Part shown: positions 27,860 to 41,968 of the stretch, one piece after another
Position numbering within the stretch: the first letter of the stretch is position 1
How the letters are laid out: the number at the start of each line of letters is the position of its first letter
Source of the DNA: Sminthopsis crassicaudata
Lineage: Eukaryota
Direction of reading: 5' to 3'
DNA length: 64,000 nucleotides
NCBI RefSeq assembly: GCF_048593235.1
Contig: NC_133620.1
Span: 344,797,765-344,861,764, forward strand
Program-made: the position numbers and the translations under genes
Notes under the pieces: model-generated
Databases searched by the model: none
What the model saw: the letters and a program-made list of their open reading frames with translations, nothing else
Told to the model about the DNA's origin: nothing

Positions 27860-29110
27860 TGTATATTATTCTTTCTTTCCACTCATGCAATTACCACTCT
27901 TGTCTGGTTCTCTATTAGCTCGTGTCTGGTCTAGTACAAAAGTGCCTTTTGTTTGATCTTCCTGCTTCACATCTCTTGACTCTAGTCCATACTTCATTTG
28001 GCTTTCAAAATAATTTTCCTAAAAAGCAAGTGTAACCATACCAGTACTTTGTGTAATAAGCCCCAGTGTCTTCCTATTATTTCCAGGATCAAATATAAAA
28101 TCCATTATTTTGACTTTTAAAACCCTTTATAACCTGACCACTTCCTATCTTTCCAGCCTTTTTTTATACTTTACTCCTCTCTACTGATTCTATGATTCAG
28201 TTATAGTTACTTCTGCTATAACACTTATTTTAAAAACGTAAATTTGTTCCAATGGGACTGATGTATTAGGGAGCATTTTGAGTATAACTCAAAATTTGAA
28301 TTTGTATATGAGAAAGAGCAAGAATGAAGAAAACTGCACTTCATAATTACTCACAGGCTGCAACCCTTCCTCCCCACTTCCTCCGACAAGCATCAAGTGT
28401 TTCAAGATATAGCATTATATTTATTGTATATCTTTTGGTGCACTAGGAACTGTGGGTAGAGAAGGACTGGTCCCTAATCTTCTCATGCTCCAATCATTTT
28501 CCATGGCCTTGGGTCATTCCCCACCCCCAATTTGATTTTTGTCTTGCTAATCTTGTAGGAATGCAGCAGCTGGAGACTAAGAACAACTGGAGACCATTAG
28601 TGCTGTCACTGTTATAGTATTCTTATGTTTCTGCCATTTTTATTAGGTTTCTATCATTTTACTATGGATCACTGACAAAGTTTTTTGAGTTTTATCCCAT
28701 TTTGCCCTAAAACCATTTTCCCTGTAAGCCCTGTAGTTTTTTTATTGTCTCAAGTTTTCATAATACAATGCTTTTTGGGACCATGTGTTGAGTTATAGCA
28801 GAATTGATTGTACAGTAGACTATTTTTGCTCATACTCAACACTCCATTTCTTGACTTTTGCTTTTTAACTAGAACTATCATCTCTTCCTCCTAGTTTCCT
28901 TGGCTGAAATCCTGTCCTCTGCAAGAGACCTTTCCTGGACCATTCTATTTATGCTGTACATATGTTATATGAATGTAATTATCTTCATATTCTCTCCTTT
29001 ATTGGGAATATAAGTTTCTTGGGATTAGGAACCCTCTTTTATCTTTCTTTGGATCCCAGTGCCTAGTATAATGCCTGACAGATAATAAATGCTTAATAAA
29101 TCCTTGTTGA
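27860..29110 (+). mobile_element. LINE-2 3' region split by a Tigger-like insertion
   Basis: Pyrimidine-rich L2 body ending GTGCCTAGTATAATGCCTGACAGATAATAAATGCTTAATAAATCC. Confidence 0.65.
28204..28810. mobile_element. Tigger6-like (TcMar-Tigger) non-autonomous element
   Basis: TA-flanked; TIRs TAGTTACTTCTGCTATAAC and GTTATAGCAGAATTGATTG; internal AATTTGTTCCAATG..TATTAGGGAGCATTTTGAG. Confidence 0.75.
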
Positions 29111-30208
29111 CTAAGTAAGGCTATTAGCCTTTTTGGACTAAGGCAAGTAAGCTGGCTGTGTCCTCTTTATTTGGAATGGTCAGTATTAATTGCTAGCTCA
29201 TAGACATTAGAGTAATATATTAGTTTTCTTACTGGTCTTCCCTTTCCCCTACTTTCCAATCCAAACTGAATTATATTTTGAGTAATTTTCCTATTATAGT
29301 TGATCACTTTCTTAAAAATTTCAGTGGCTTTCTATTGCCAGTTGAATGAAATCTAAACTTTATCTTGCTATTCAAAACTTTCTAGCCTTTTACCTCTTAT
29401 GAGTATTTTTAAGAATATACTTTGCTTGATTCCAACTGTGCTACTGTTCTCCTGAATATGTCCTCTCTACCTCCTTCCAAATACTACTCCTCGCCCGTGT
29501 TCCAGGGGAAATGATAGTTTCCTCCTTAGTTATCTCATAGCACTTTGTACTTCTCCTCTATACTTATACATTACCTCATTTAGTCTATATTTTAGTTTGT
29601 CTGTCATCATCTGTGCTATTTAGAATCCACAGGAAAGCTTGTATCTGTCAGTGCCTAACACAGAGCCTTGCACAGAGTTACCTGCATAATAAATGTCTGT
29701 TAAATTGAAATGAAGTCAGCATTGTTCTAAGTAATATTCTTTGCTTCCTGAATTGATACTGTTACTTTGGTGTGGGGGTGAGTACAGAATATTGAGGAAG
29801 ACCTGGATTGGTGGTATGATGTTTATGTTGATGTCTTGATCTAAGATAAGTACCCAACTTTTCTTATTGAGGCCATGCTATTTGTAAGTCCCTCCTTAGA
29901 AGGAGGTCAAATAAAATACTAGATATAAAAAATCGTAATAGTACAAGATACTGCTCACTCTTGAGTATCTATAGTAGTAATAGTGGCAATGAGAGCATGC
30001 TGTTTCCCCTTTGGGGGATGACCTCCCCAAATTTCAAAAGCTTATAGAAGTTCTTTTCCCTGAAATTACATATTGAAATTGCACTGAATGTTTTCCCTCT
30101 TTCCAGCTCATCTTTGGGTTAAAGGGAGGCAAGAATGAATACATCTGATTAAAGCAGTAGCTGACAAGTCCAATATGGGCAGCAATAGTATTTAAGCTGA
30201 ATCTGTGA

Positions 30209-30349
<141 letters not shown>

Positions 30350-30520
30350 GTCCCCACACCCCGCACACTTGGGGGACTCTTTCAACATCCAGCAGAGGAG
30401 GGAGGCGACATTGGCGTCTTCATCGGAGGCAGGCCGGGGGAGGGGAGGGAATTCCTTTATTTCCCGTTAGCTCTTTTTAATGAAGGGCTAACAATTCCAA
30501 ACCTTAGACTTGAACAAAAA

Positions 30521-30664
30521 NNNNNNNNNNNNNNNNNNNNNNNNNNNNNNNNNNNNNNNNNNNNNNNNNNNNNNNNNNNNNNNNNNNNNNNNNNNNNNNN
30601 NNNNNNNNNNNNNNNNNNNNNNNNNNNNNNNNNNNNNNNNNNNNNNNNNNNNNNNNNNNNNNNN
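30521..30664. other. Assembly gap in the LSM12 3' UTR
   Basis: Run of N. Confidence 0.99.
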
Positions 30665-30886
30665 TCATCTTGTTAATTTTATTTTTGAAAATACTTTGTA
30701 CCCTTCCCTCTTTGTCCTTTCACCCTTGACTTTTTTCTCCTACTCTGTTCCCTGCCATTCTGTTTTTATAAGTGGTTATACTTGCCTTCTGAGCAAATGG
30801 GAGAAACTTTGACATCTTCCGTTCTGAAATAAAAATAACAAGCTGACTGTGATATTTGTGTTGAGGCCAGAACAGCAAATAGGTGC

Positions 30887-31028
30887 NNNNNNNNNNNNNN
30901 NNNNNNNNNNNNNNNNNNNNNNNNNNNNNNNNNNNNNNNNNNNNNNNNNNNNNNNNNNNNNNNNNNNNNNNNNNNNNNNNNNNNNNNNNNNNNNNNNNNN
31001 NNNNNNNNNNNNNNNNNNNNNNNNNNNN
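30887..31028. other. Assembly gap in the LSM12 3' UTR
   Basis: Run of N. Confidence 0.99.
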
Positions 31029-31793
31029 GCCCAATCCACTTCTACTCCCCACCCCTCTCCAAAACCCCCTCTCCCCCCCAAAAAAAAAGCCCCTTAGCAA
31101 AGTAACCAACTTGGCCTAGTCCCAGAATCTCTTGCCAGCTTTTGAAGTGTTGGGTATTTGTGGATGAATGCAGGGTTTGAGGGGAGGAAGATTCATGGTA
31201 TCTTACCTTTTTTAAGTGTGTGTATTCTAGCTGTTTACTTGGGCTGGAATTTCTCATGTGTCCTGAAACTCTAGATTTCTCTCCCGTTATCCTACTTCAT
31301 GGTACTAGAAATAAATCTCAACATTCCCTGGTAGACTGGAGATACAACTGTTGATTTCTCTTGTCCTCTGCAAGGATCATCTTGCATGGCATATTTCATC
31401 TCCTGCTTGAATGGCAAACTCTTCCAAGTGACCTGGGATAATAGCCTCTTGTCCCTATCTCATTCCACCTTAAATTATCCCTACCCTTCTGGTTTCTCTC
31501 TTACTGACTTGGCAAATTTTTTAGTCCAGGAATCTTGAGTAATTTCCAGACTCCCTTTTTCTCTCTCTTTACTATCTGATGATAGTTTGGGCTCAGCAAA
31601 TAGTCTAAAAACCTAGGTGTTTCTGGAATTTAGCCCATCACTTTGGCTGGCTATGGTTAATCTGCTGAGAATTAACTATCACTCCCTTTCTCATGTGCCT
31701 CAGGGCAATGATATTGGGATGTGTGCTGTCATTTTTCCATTAGGCACAGAGTAGGTTGTGCATAGCCTTCATGAAACTGGCTAGAGTCTGGGA

Positions 31794-31930
31794 NNNNNNN
31801 NNNNNNNNNNNNNNNNNNNNNNNNNNNNNNNNNNNNNNNNNNNNNNNNNNNNNNNNNNNNNNNNNNNNNNNNNNNNNNNNNNNNNNNNNNNNNNNNNNNN
31901 NNNNNNNNNNNNNNNNNNNNNNNNNNNNNN
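31794..31930. other. Assembly gap in the LSM12 3' UTR
   Basis: Run of N. Confidence 0.99.
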
Positions 31931-31952
31931 TTTAGTATTGTTTAGCAAAAAC

Positions 31953-31958
31953 AATAAA
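31953..31958 (+). terminator. LSM12: Probable LSM12 distal poly(A) signal AATAAA
   Basis: AATAAA about 1.6 kb after the stop, followed by U/GU-rich sequence. Other AATAAA hexamers lie at 30828 and 31310. Confidence 0.55.
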
Positions 31959-34900
31959 ACCCAAATTTTTTAACCATCAGCTATGTCTCAGTGGGTTTGC
32001 GTGTGCCATGGGGTTAGGGAGGGGATTGGAGTGAAGGGGATTTAACAAGGTAGAGAGGCCCCCTTCCTTTCTTTCCCTAGAATTCCCAAGAATTTCCCTA
32101 GAATCTTTCTGGATATTTTCATGCATAATGTCTGGTTATAAGGAGAAAGTGATTTGAGAACAAGTTTATTGTGTATATACACACAAGTATAGCTTGTTAA
32201 GTTGTTTAACAAAGGCTTGAATTTCTTTGTCTCATAAGAATCAAGAAATAGTCTTCCAAGGGTAATTGGTGTTAGGTATTTAAGAGTTTGGAGCCTCCAT
32301 TTTGAATTCCAATAGAAATATGAAAAGGTTGATGTGAAGGCCAGAAAATTCAGTAAAAGAGAATCAATGAGAAAAGAGGAAAATTTAGTTCAGAGAAGTA
32401 AAATTAGAGATATTGTAGGAAGCTTTTTTCCTAAACCTTTTAGAAGATTAAGGACCAATTCATTTTTCTTCATTTTCATTGAGAATGTGTAAAGAATTGT
32501 TCAACAAGAAAGATTTAAGGTTGAACTCAGGAAATAACTCTGTTAGGTATTTCTTAATATTTGATATTAGAGTGGGTGACTAAGGTAAACTGTTAAATTT
32601 TCCTAAGAAATATAGATCCTCAGTGCTTATTTTTTTGAAAGACAAGGATTAGGCTTCCTGAAAGCTCTAGGCTGAGGTAAGTAATAATTTACAACTTTTC
32701 TGTTTGGAATAGTAGAGTTGTAGCCAGAAAGGGTGAAACAGATCTGGAAAATAGGGCCAGATTCCCTCAGGCAAATAATTTGAGACTGATACCATTCTTC
32801 AACTCTGATGCATCCTTTAAAAAGTAAGAAAGGAAGGAATTTGATACTTTTTCCGAATGTTTCTTAGTCTTTTCTCACCAAGAACATTTTTTCACTCAGG
32901 AAGTATTATGGAGTATTATGTGTTCTTTCATTGTAGTACTTTTTGGAAGAAACCAGGGAAGTGGATTTTTTTCTTCCTCAAACAAACAAAAAAACCATTT
33001 TAGCGTATATTAGGGAGACAAGACATATAGACAGATTTTAATACAATATATTATGAGTTAAAGCAATGGAATACATAGTACTATGAGGAACAGGGAGGGG
33101 GGGAATTGATTACCAAATTCAGATAGGACATGTGCTGGGCTTGGAATCTTTGGTTAGAGTAGATGAGAGTATTTTATATAAATGTTACTTGCTGAATAGG
33201 TATTGATTGAAAAAAATCTGGTGTTTTGATGAATGCTTCACAAAAATCCTCCTCTAGTGCCTTTTTATGGCATGACAGTGCCCCTACCCCCTGATATGTG
33301 TGGCTGTATCTTGGACCTGAACCTCTGGCAGGCCTATTGGTCTCCAGGGGCTTTAACTTTGGGTATTGTTAGCAGACTCTGTATTTCAACTAAACAGTTG
33401 AAGTGAGAAGCTCAGAGTTGGCTGGCCACAGAGTGATGAATTTTTTGGCCACAACCACGTTGAATACTGCTACCTCAGAGAGAAATTTGCTTTGGAGAAA
33501 GGCATATCCACATAAAAATCATGAATATTCAAATCCTGAATGAGGAATCTGAAGTCTAGATTGGGAGGAGAGAGGAGATTCATTTTGGATCTTAGTTGAA
33601 GATAACATATGTCTGAATTCAAGATTGTCAAATAGAGACATTTGGACTTGACCCTACAGATTATGCAGTGATGGGAAGTTTTTAGTGTAGGAGAGTAAAA
33701 GGAGCAACTCTTTAAAATGTTATATTGCTGTTTTTTGTTTCCTGCTATTCTTCCCCACACTTTCTACCACACAACCCCTCTCTTGCAACAAAGAAATTGC
33801 TGTGGAAAACATTGAATACATTTTGGCAGTTTTTGTTAAACATTCTCCAGTTATAGTCCCCATTCTCAACCTGGGATTTGGGGGAGAGAAGGGGAAGCAT
33901 ATTTTCATCATTGGTTCTGTGTAACTGAGATTGGTCTTTTCATTTAATCAGCATTCTGATTTTTTGTGTGTAAGGGGTATGTTTTTCATTACATTGTTCC
34001 ATGTATTTTCTTGTTTCAATATGCAATATTTTTGGGGATGAATACACAGTATGCAAGAGAAAGAAGAAACTGAAAATTTGAGACAAGATACTTAGAGTAA
34101 TAAATTAATAATGAAAATTAAGTCATTTACTAGGTATTGACAGATATGATAGAAATTAAAAAAGGAATGATAGATGAGACTTGATTGTTTTTCTAGATTT
34201 AGAGGGAGAGGAAAAGCAGAAGTCATCTATATGGAAGTTTTATGAAACTCAGTGACTTGAGAGCATACTTCACTATAGACAAAATCTTAAGGGAAAATTT
34301 GGGTGGGAATATTCGTTTTGTACATACAAAATTTGAAGTCATGGTGAGACTTGTTAGCATTTAACATTAGTTAGCAGTTTGAAGCAATGGGATTAGAGTT
34401 CAGATTATAAAATAAACTTAGTCATCAGTATGGTAGGAAGAGTGAAAAAGCCATAATGACACCTTGGGGAATGTCCATAGTGAGGATTTAGAAGGATGAA
34501 GTGGAAATAAACATCTGATCTCAGGCTGGGAAATAGCAAGAATGTTATACAGTATCTTATCTGAAATTTACCTTCCCCACTTCTTACAAATTAGGTGAAT
34601 TTAAGTAGAGAGGCTTTTTATTTGTTTTTTGAGCTTAAACTAAAATGTAAGGGAAAGTTGTCTTTCTGTCTATTTGACCTTGCATTTTTCTAACCCACTC
34701 TGTATTCCTCCACCTATACCCCAACTTCTTTTCCTTGCGGGTAATCTGACACATCCAGGAATGGCCAAGGATAAATCCAAGCCCATTGCTGAAGTTGGTT
34801 TGTTGAAAAAAACATGAGTATTTGACTGCCTCATAATAGATGGTACTGCAGAATGATCTCTGAGACCATCTCTCAGAAGATAGAAAAATTAGGATTGGGA

Positions 34901-35159
34901 GGAGAGGGTTGCTGCTTAGGTGTGTTTGATCCCTAATCAATAAGGAAGAATTGGTGAAACAAAATTTATGGGACTCTTGAGACAGTGTGATTGTTACCTT
35001 AGAGGTCATAGTGATAAATTAACAAAATATTGCAGATGAAGAAATACACCAGAGAAATAATTTGCTCCAGGCCATGCTGAATTGCATTGATTTCCTAGTA
35101 GTAGTAAATACATGAATTCTAGTAAGACTTTGTACATACCTTTAACAATCTCTTTGTGA

Positions 35160-35302
35160 GGGGCAGTTAGGTGGCACAGTGCATAGAGCACCAGTCCTGA
35201 AGTCAGGAGGACCTGAGTTCAAATTTGGCCTTGGACACTTAACACTTCCTAGCTATGTGACCCTGGGCAAGTCACTTAACCCCAGTTGCCTTGGGGGAGG
35301 GG
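35160..35302 (+). mobile_element. WSINE1-type SINE with target-site duplication and G-rich tail
   Basis: ATCTCTTTGTG at 35148-35158 and 35303-35313; tail TGGGGGAGGGG. Confidence 0.9.
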
Positions 35303-35385
35303 ATCTCTTTGTGGACAAGGTACATTGTTGCCAAATCTGAAGAATGGTTAATGATTAGATGTCCATCTGAAGGAACATATTTGTT

Positions 35386-36078
35386 CTTTTTTGTTTATTA
35401 TTATTTTGAATAGTATTGTTTTCAATTATATACGTAAAGATGTTTTCAACATTTAGTTTTCTAAGATGTTTAGTTCCAATTTTTTTTCTCCCTCCTTTTT
35501 CTTTTCCTCAATACAGCAGGCAATCTGATATAGGTTATATATATATAAAATCATTTTAAATATATTTCTGTAATACGCATGATGTGAAAAAAAATCAGAA
35601 CAAAAGATAAAAATGAGAAAGAAAAAGCAAATGACAAAAAAATTTAGTATGCTTCTATCCACATTTGGTCTCTCTGGTGTGGATGGCATTTTTCCATCCC
35701 AAGTCTTTTGTAATTGTCTTGGACCATCACATTAGAGCAGCTAACTCTATTACACAATCTTGCTGCTTCTGTGTACAATATTCTTCTGGTTTTGCTCACT
35801 TCAGCATCAGGTTGTGTAGACCTTTGCTGGCTTTTCTGAAATGAGCCTGTTCATTCTTATAAGAATAATAATATTCCTTTACACTCATATGCCATAACTT
35901 ATTCAGCCATTCTCCAGTTGATGGGCATCCACTCAGGTTCCAGTTCCTTGCCACTACAAGGAGATATATTACAAACACTTTTGCACATGTGGGTCTTTTC
36001 CCCTCTTAGATGATGTCTGGGATAAAAACCTCAATAGTGATAATGCTGATATGCAGTTTTAGAGCCCTTTGGGCATAG
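35386..36078 (-). mobile_element. LINE-1 3' fragment
   Basis: ORF MFVIYLLVVARNWNLSGCPSTGEWLNKLWHMSVKEYY (ORF2p C-terminus) plus 3' UTR. Confidence 0.85.
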
Positions 36079-36109
36079 GAACATCCCTATTTTGTTCAAT
36101 TTTTAATCA

Positions 36110-36400
36110 CTGACTTGGATAACAATGTGAATAATACAGGTAAAGAGGGCTCTTCTATATGTCACTCAAGAGTAGTGGGATGACAGCAGGGCTCAGAGGG
36201 ACCTAAATAGGCTCAGCATGGTAGAATCTAGATCAAAAAAGATGAACTTTTGAGAGGAATAAATCTTAGTTCTCTTATAAAAGATTTGGGGGCAAATGTT
36301 CAAGATGGACAGAGGTGTGGCCTGGCAGCAGCTCAAAGGAAAAAGATGCTACAATTTTCATTTATTCAACATGAGCTAAGTGGTTAATAGGAGCATCACT
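36110..36400 (+). mobile_element. CR1/L3 LINE fragment
   Basis: Degenerate ..GGGACCTAAATAGGCT..AAGATGAACTTT..AATAAATC..AAGATGG..GGCAGCAGCTCA..AAAAGAT pattern of CR1 ORF2. Confidence 0.5.
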
Positions 36401-37835
36401 AGTGGATCCTAGATTTCCTGACAGAGCTCAAAAGTAGTTTCTTATCAGAAATAGGAGAGAGATGGAGTTGTGGATAGCTTTTTAGTTGCAAAGTATCTTT
36501 AAGCATTATACAGATCAGTTCTCTCTCATTGAGGGAAAATGTTAAAGAGATAAAAGAGAGAGATAGAAGGACTGATCCAAGATCATTTATGCAGAGAGTT
36601 GGAGTACTCTAGCACTCAGATTTTTCTGATACACTGGCTAATTGGGAGGAATTATAGTAGAGGAATTTGGAGTCATGGATTCTGCTTCTGACACCTCTAA
36701 AATAATTATGTGACCTTGTCTTGTGTGACCTTAGTGCTCTAAGCAACTCTCTAAAAGCATAAAGTTGCAGAAGGGGGACCGTCCTACATTGATTAACAAA
36801 GTTTCTTCATATAGAGTTGCCATGTAGTCAGATCTGGTTCCTTTCCCCTCATATACAAATACAAATGTTCCTTTATACAAATGACAAAAAAGTATGAATT
36901 ATGAACTTATGAAGTTTGATTTTTTAAAAGTATGTATTACATTTTAGATAGTAATTAAGAAAAGTGCCCTGATTATGTCCTCTTATGAACTATAACTATG
37001 TTACAAATAAGTTGAGATTATGAATATTTTGCTCTGTACCTCTAACCCATCTTTGCCAAACATGGGAAATAATATTTCATCTTTGGGCCTCTTTAGTCAT
37101 AAATGATCATTGGTCACTGTGTTGATCAGTCTTGAACTCTTTCAAAGTTACATTCTTTATACTCTTCTGATTGTCTTCCTGGTTGTGCTAATTCTACTCA
37201 ATATCCATTCATACATTTCCTTTCAGATTAATCTGAATTCTTCATACATATCTTATGACTCAACACAATCCAATTACTTTCATATAACAGTATTTTTAAG
37301 GCATGTCCCAACTGATAGGGGACTATCTTTATTTCTTGTTCTTTGTTGTCACAAAATGCTACAAACATACGCTTTTTCCTAAGCCATCTAGAGGATAAAC
37401 ATCTCTAGTTACCTCAGTTTTTCTTCTGACTTGACTATCTCATTGCCCCTTAAAAGTTAAACCATAAAAGTTTATAGAGAAGAGTTAGATCATAGAAATT
37501 ATATAGTCTAGCTGCGTTGTTTTACTGAGAAGAAAAATTGAGATGCCCATTGAGATAAAATGACATCACAATCAAGTATATCACTAAAATGGGGATATGA
37601 AAATTACATCTTTGGCATTTTTACTTGAAAGCCCTGGGAAAATTCATTGAAAGACAGAGGTCACGTCCCTGGAAAGGATTAGGACCCAGATTTATTTACT
37701 AATTTTATTATTAAGACATGAAACTTAACAACTGAAACTCCTAAATCTTGAAAAAACTTTTAAAATCCAAAGTTATATACTAAAAAAGGAAGCATTTTTA
37801 TATGTATAATAGCATTTTTAAAAAAGTTATGTGTG

Positions 37836-37993
37836 GAGCAGCTAGGTACAATGGATAGAGCACCAGCCCTGAAGTCAGGATAACCCAAGTTCAAATGTGG
37901 TCCCAGACACTTAATACTTCTTAGCTGTGTGATCTTTGGCAAGTCACTTAACCCCAATTGTTTCAGAAAAAAAAAAAAAAAAAAAAAAAAAAA
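37836..37993 (+). mobile_element. WSINE1-type SINE with long poly-A and target-site duplication
   Basis: AAAAAGTTATGTGTG at 37821-37835 and 37989-38003. Confidence 0.88.
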
Positions 37994-38497
37994 GTTATGT
38001 GTGAAAATCAGTTTCTATTTTGCCCCACTTGCTTTTTCTCAATAAATTTCTTTGCTCATTCTGTAGGATTTTCTAAGTAAATCATTATGCCATCAACAAA
38101 TCTGCATGCTTTTATTTAACCTTGTAATAAATTATATTTGCTAACTTTCTAAATTGTCTTGTGCTTCCTTTTGAACTTCCTTTGCTTCTATATGTTTCAA
38201 AACATGATCCAGTGGTCCGGTTTTGTGCATTGTTACTACCCCATTTCATTCCCCCAATTTAAAACATAAAGAGGGAAAAAAGATTATAAATTATAAATAA
38301 GCATAGTCCAACAAATTAAATCCATGCAGTTGTCCAAAAACTGTCATTTTTTGCATTTTGAGCCTCTTGCTCACTTTATTGTAGGTCTTCTATAGACTGG
38401 GGTGGATGTTACTTGATCAGAATTGCTACATCTTTGAAAATTGTTTTTTGTGTTTCTATTTTATATGAGTTTCTTCTTCCCAGAATTCTCTGGTCAC

Positions 38498-38528
<31 letters not shown>

Positions 38529-39079
38529 TTGCTTACAGCATAATCATAGCCCTTTTAATACAAGTTAATTGATGGTTACAAATTAGTAGCAACTCTACTT
38601 TTGGCATGAAGTTTGTTTTCCTTTCAGGTATTTCCTTTCTGGTATCATCATCATCTTCCTCATCCCCAGTATTCTTTTTATCAATTTTTCTCCCTGTTGA
38701 GTTGGACATATTTCTGGACCACACTGTGTATATGCCTGTGTTCACGTGTTGATTTCAGATAAGAATAAGGTTCATCCAATGCCACCTCCCCTCACTCTTT
38801 CCTCCATGTTTGTTTATTCTTAAAACTTTCTGAGAAATAGTAAGTTCTAGTCCTTTTTCCTCCTCACATTCTTATTTCTTTCTTTAAAACCCTAAGAACA
38901 GAATCAACATCCTCAAATCCTCTTTTTCTTTTTTAATTCCCTCACTGCCCTTTGAAGACATTGAGATTGTGAAGGAACACATTTCTTTTTCTCCATTAGA
39001 ATGTTAGCACTGTCTTATCATTATATAGCTCTTTCTAATTGCGCAACTAAATTTGACTTTCTTGATTTCTTTCTAACTC

Positions 39080-39720
39080 TTGTGTTCATATTTTACTAAG
39101 TATTTTTTTCATCAGAAAGGCTTGAAAGTCATAATTTATTAAATATTTATTTCCTCCTCTCCCTCCAATAGGATTATATTCGGCCATGGGTAAATTATTC
39201 TTGTTTGTGCATCTGTGTCATTGACCTTTTTAAATAACTATTCTAGAATTTCTAATTTTTAGTAGAAATTGCTGGGGTTTTTGTAATCTTGACTGGTTAT
39301 TTTGGTATTTGAATTGCTTTTTGCTGGATGACTGCTGTGGTTTTTATTTGACATGGGAGTTCTGGATTTTGGCTATGATCCTCCTGGAACTTTCCCTTTT
39401 GTTTTTTCCTTCAAAAGGTGATAAGTGAATTTTTCTATATTTACTTCCCTTCTGATTCTAATAAATCTGGACAGTTTTCATTTATGATTTTTTTGAAATG
39501 TGTTTAAATAAAATCACTGTTTTCAGAGAGTTCGGTGATTCTAAATTTATCTTCTTGCCCTGATTTTCAGATTAATTCGTTTTTTCTTTGATATCAGGTA
39601 ACTCATTATTTCCCCCTTTTTTCCAATCCTTTGACTTTGTTCTAATATTTCTTGCTGTTTTATGCAGTCATTGATTTGTTTAGTGCATTCTAATTTTACT
39701 ATTTGTAATTTAGAAGAGTT
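39080..39720 (-). mobile_element. Old LINE-1 ORF1 fragment
   Basis: KQQEILEQSQRIGKKGEIMSYLISKK..EDKFRITELSE resembles marsupial ORF1p (..EIIKQNQK..KYLIGKTTDLENRSRRDNLRIIGLPE, from recall). Confidence 0.65.
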
Positions 39721-41968
39721 TGCCACTTTAATCCATATCATTGATAAAAATATTGCACAGGACAAAGACAAAATATACTGTTAGAGAAGAAAATAACCTC
39801 CAGTTGTGATTGATTTATTAACACTTTGGATAGAGTTTATTAAATTATGACTCAACTTGACTCTTGGCATGTAGTCTTGGGGAATAAGAGTTGTCAAATT
39901 GCTTTGCCCGAATCAATGAAATATATCTCTAGTGTTCCTGTTTTACTAGTCTGATAGTAACCCTCTCAGAAAAGCAAATAAGATTAGTTTCACATGACTT
40001 ATTCCTAGTAAATCCATGCTGAGTTTTAGTATTTCTCTTACCCATTTTTTTGAAAAGGACATTTACTTCTAATCTTCAAAGATCTTTGCCTTCTTATCTG
40101 CAATTTCTTTTAATATCCTACAATGCATTTGTCTTCAGGGTCTGTACTAATTAAAAGGGGTAAGGTGCACGTTTACTGGTTTTTTTTCTCCAACTTCAGG
40201 CTCTCTCAAATTCATAGCATCATAGTATTTGAAATTAGAAGATATATTGGAGATCATCTAGTTCAATCTCCTTATTTCATTGTTGGAGCTCAGAGGAAAA
40301 AGATTCAGAAGGTAGGTCACATAATAAGTAAGTAAAGCCAGAATTAGAACCAAATCTTCTGACTCCAGATCCTTTATATAATCAGAAAGCTCTGCAAATG
40401 TTCACTACTCATTAAGATGTCTTTGGGGATTCAAGTGATACAGCAAGTGATAACTGTTTCTCTTTTCCCTCCTTTAAAAATTCATTATGCTGAAGTCTAG
40501 GTCTTTTACAGAGGGCAGGGTTTAATGTCACAGTAAACTCTCTTGCTTTGCCTTTTTCTTCATTGGTGATGGTTGTGTTGTTCGTTAAACATATTTAGTA
40601 GGTTGGGAGCTGTGAGGGATTTTTAATATTTTCAGAAATCTACGCTGAATAACCATAGCATAGGAAGATAAAGAAACTTAGAAAAGAGATCTAAAAGATA
40701 TAAGGGAAACAAATGGATTTATTTTCCAGGGCAAGACAGAGAAGCTGCCATCTCCTTAAACATTTGGGCCTTCCCCTTTAACAAGGTAACTTTGCTCCCA
40801 TTCAAGATATAGCTGGCTCCTGAAAAAACAAGGGGACAGAAGAGTTCCTTTTTGACTCCTCTTCTTCTTCCTAATACTTATACAAAGACCTAAGGGTTGT
40901 AAGTTGGTCTAGTGACTTATAAATGGTGATGGATTTCTTTGGTAGCTTAGTCAGATGGCTTTCATCTTTAAAAAAAAAAAATATTTCCTTGAGTAACTTC
41001 CTTGAGCAAAGCAATTGGGCTTCCAACTTCCCTGCTTTTCTCCTCAACATAATCCTGTATTTAGTTTTTATTCATTTTACATAAGAAATTTTGTTCCGAA
41101 ACATTTTATGATATGCTTGGTGTTGCACAGCTAATAAGTGTTGGACAAGGATTTGAATCTAGGCCTTCCAGTTCCCAATTCAGTGTTCTTTTTATTGTGC
41201 TACAATTGCCTTTCATAGAATATGCCATAATAGAAAGGCATTAGATTTAGATACTTATTACCTTTGTGACTTTGGGCAACTATCACCTCTTGGTGCTTCA
41301 ATTTCTCTCCTTAAAATCAGGGGGAGAACTAAATAATTTCATTTTCCTTCTGGTTCCCTTCTTAATCATTTTTATTGCAATAGAAAGTAGAAAACATTTT
41401 TAATGTATTGGCTTATCCAAATCTCCTTTTCATTGTATTTTGTCTTTATTGAATTCCCTTCTTTGCCTTTTTGGAAGTTATTCCTGCCATGAGGTCGGGA
41501 TCTTGCTATAGTCCAAATAGGCTGTTACTATTTAACTTTTCTTTTTGAAGTGATTGAGTGTGGGATGTCAGTAAAGAGATGGAGAAAGTGCTGCTTCTAG
41601 AGCCTAAAACATGTTACTGAAATAGGCAGAGGTTGTAGCACCAAGAATGACTCAGAACCTCATATAATAAGGGAGGAGGAATCTTTTTACTTGTCTCTTT
41701 AAACCAAGTGGAGTTAAGGAGAAGATGCTGGCAGTTTCCTCCTGGAAGTCTGATTAGCCTCAGATCATTGAGGCCAGAACAAACATAGGAAAGGTTCATT
41801 GATTTCTCTCTTTCCCCTTCTCAATCTGAGCTCTGTTGGGACTAAGCAAATTAGCAGACACTTCGGAAGATGGCAACAAGGAGTCTTGATCAAGGAAGTA
41901 AAATTCCTGGATCTCTTGATGCCATGGTTTCCTTTTTCATGGCAAATTTTTCCTAATTTAGACCACAT

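Noticed and set aside
30510-31119. ORFs containing X runs, including the similar ones at 21898-22179
   Set aside because: Artefacts of translating through assembly gaps.
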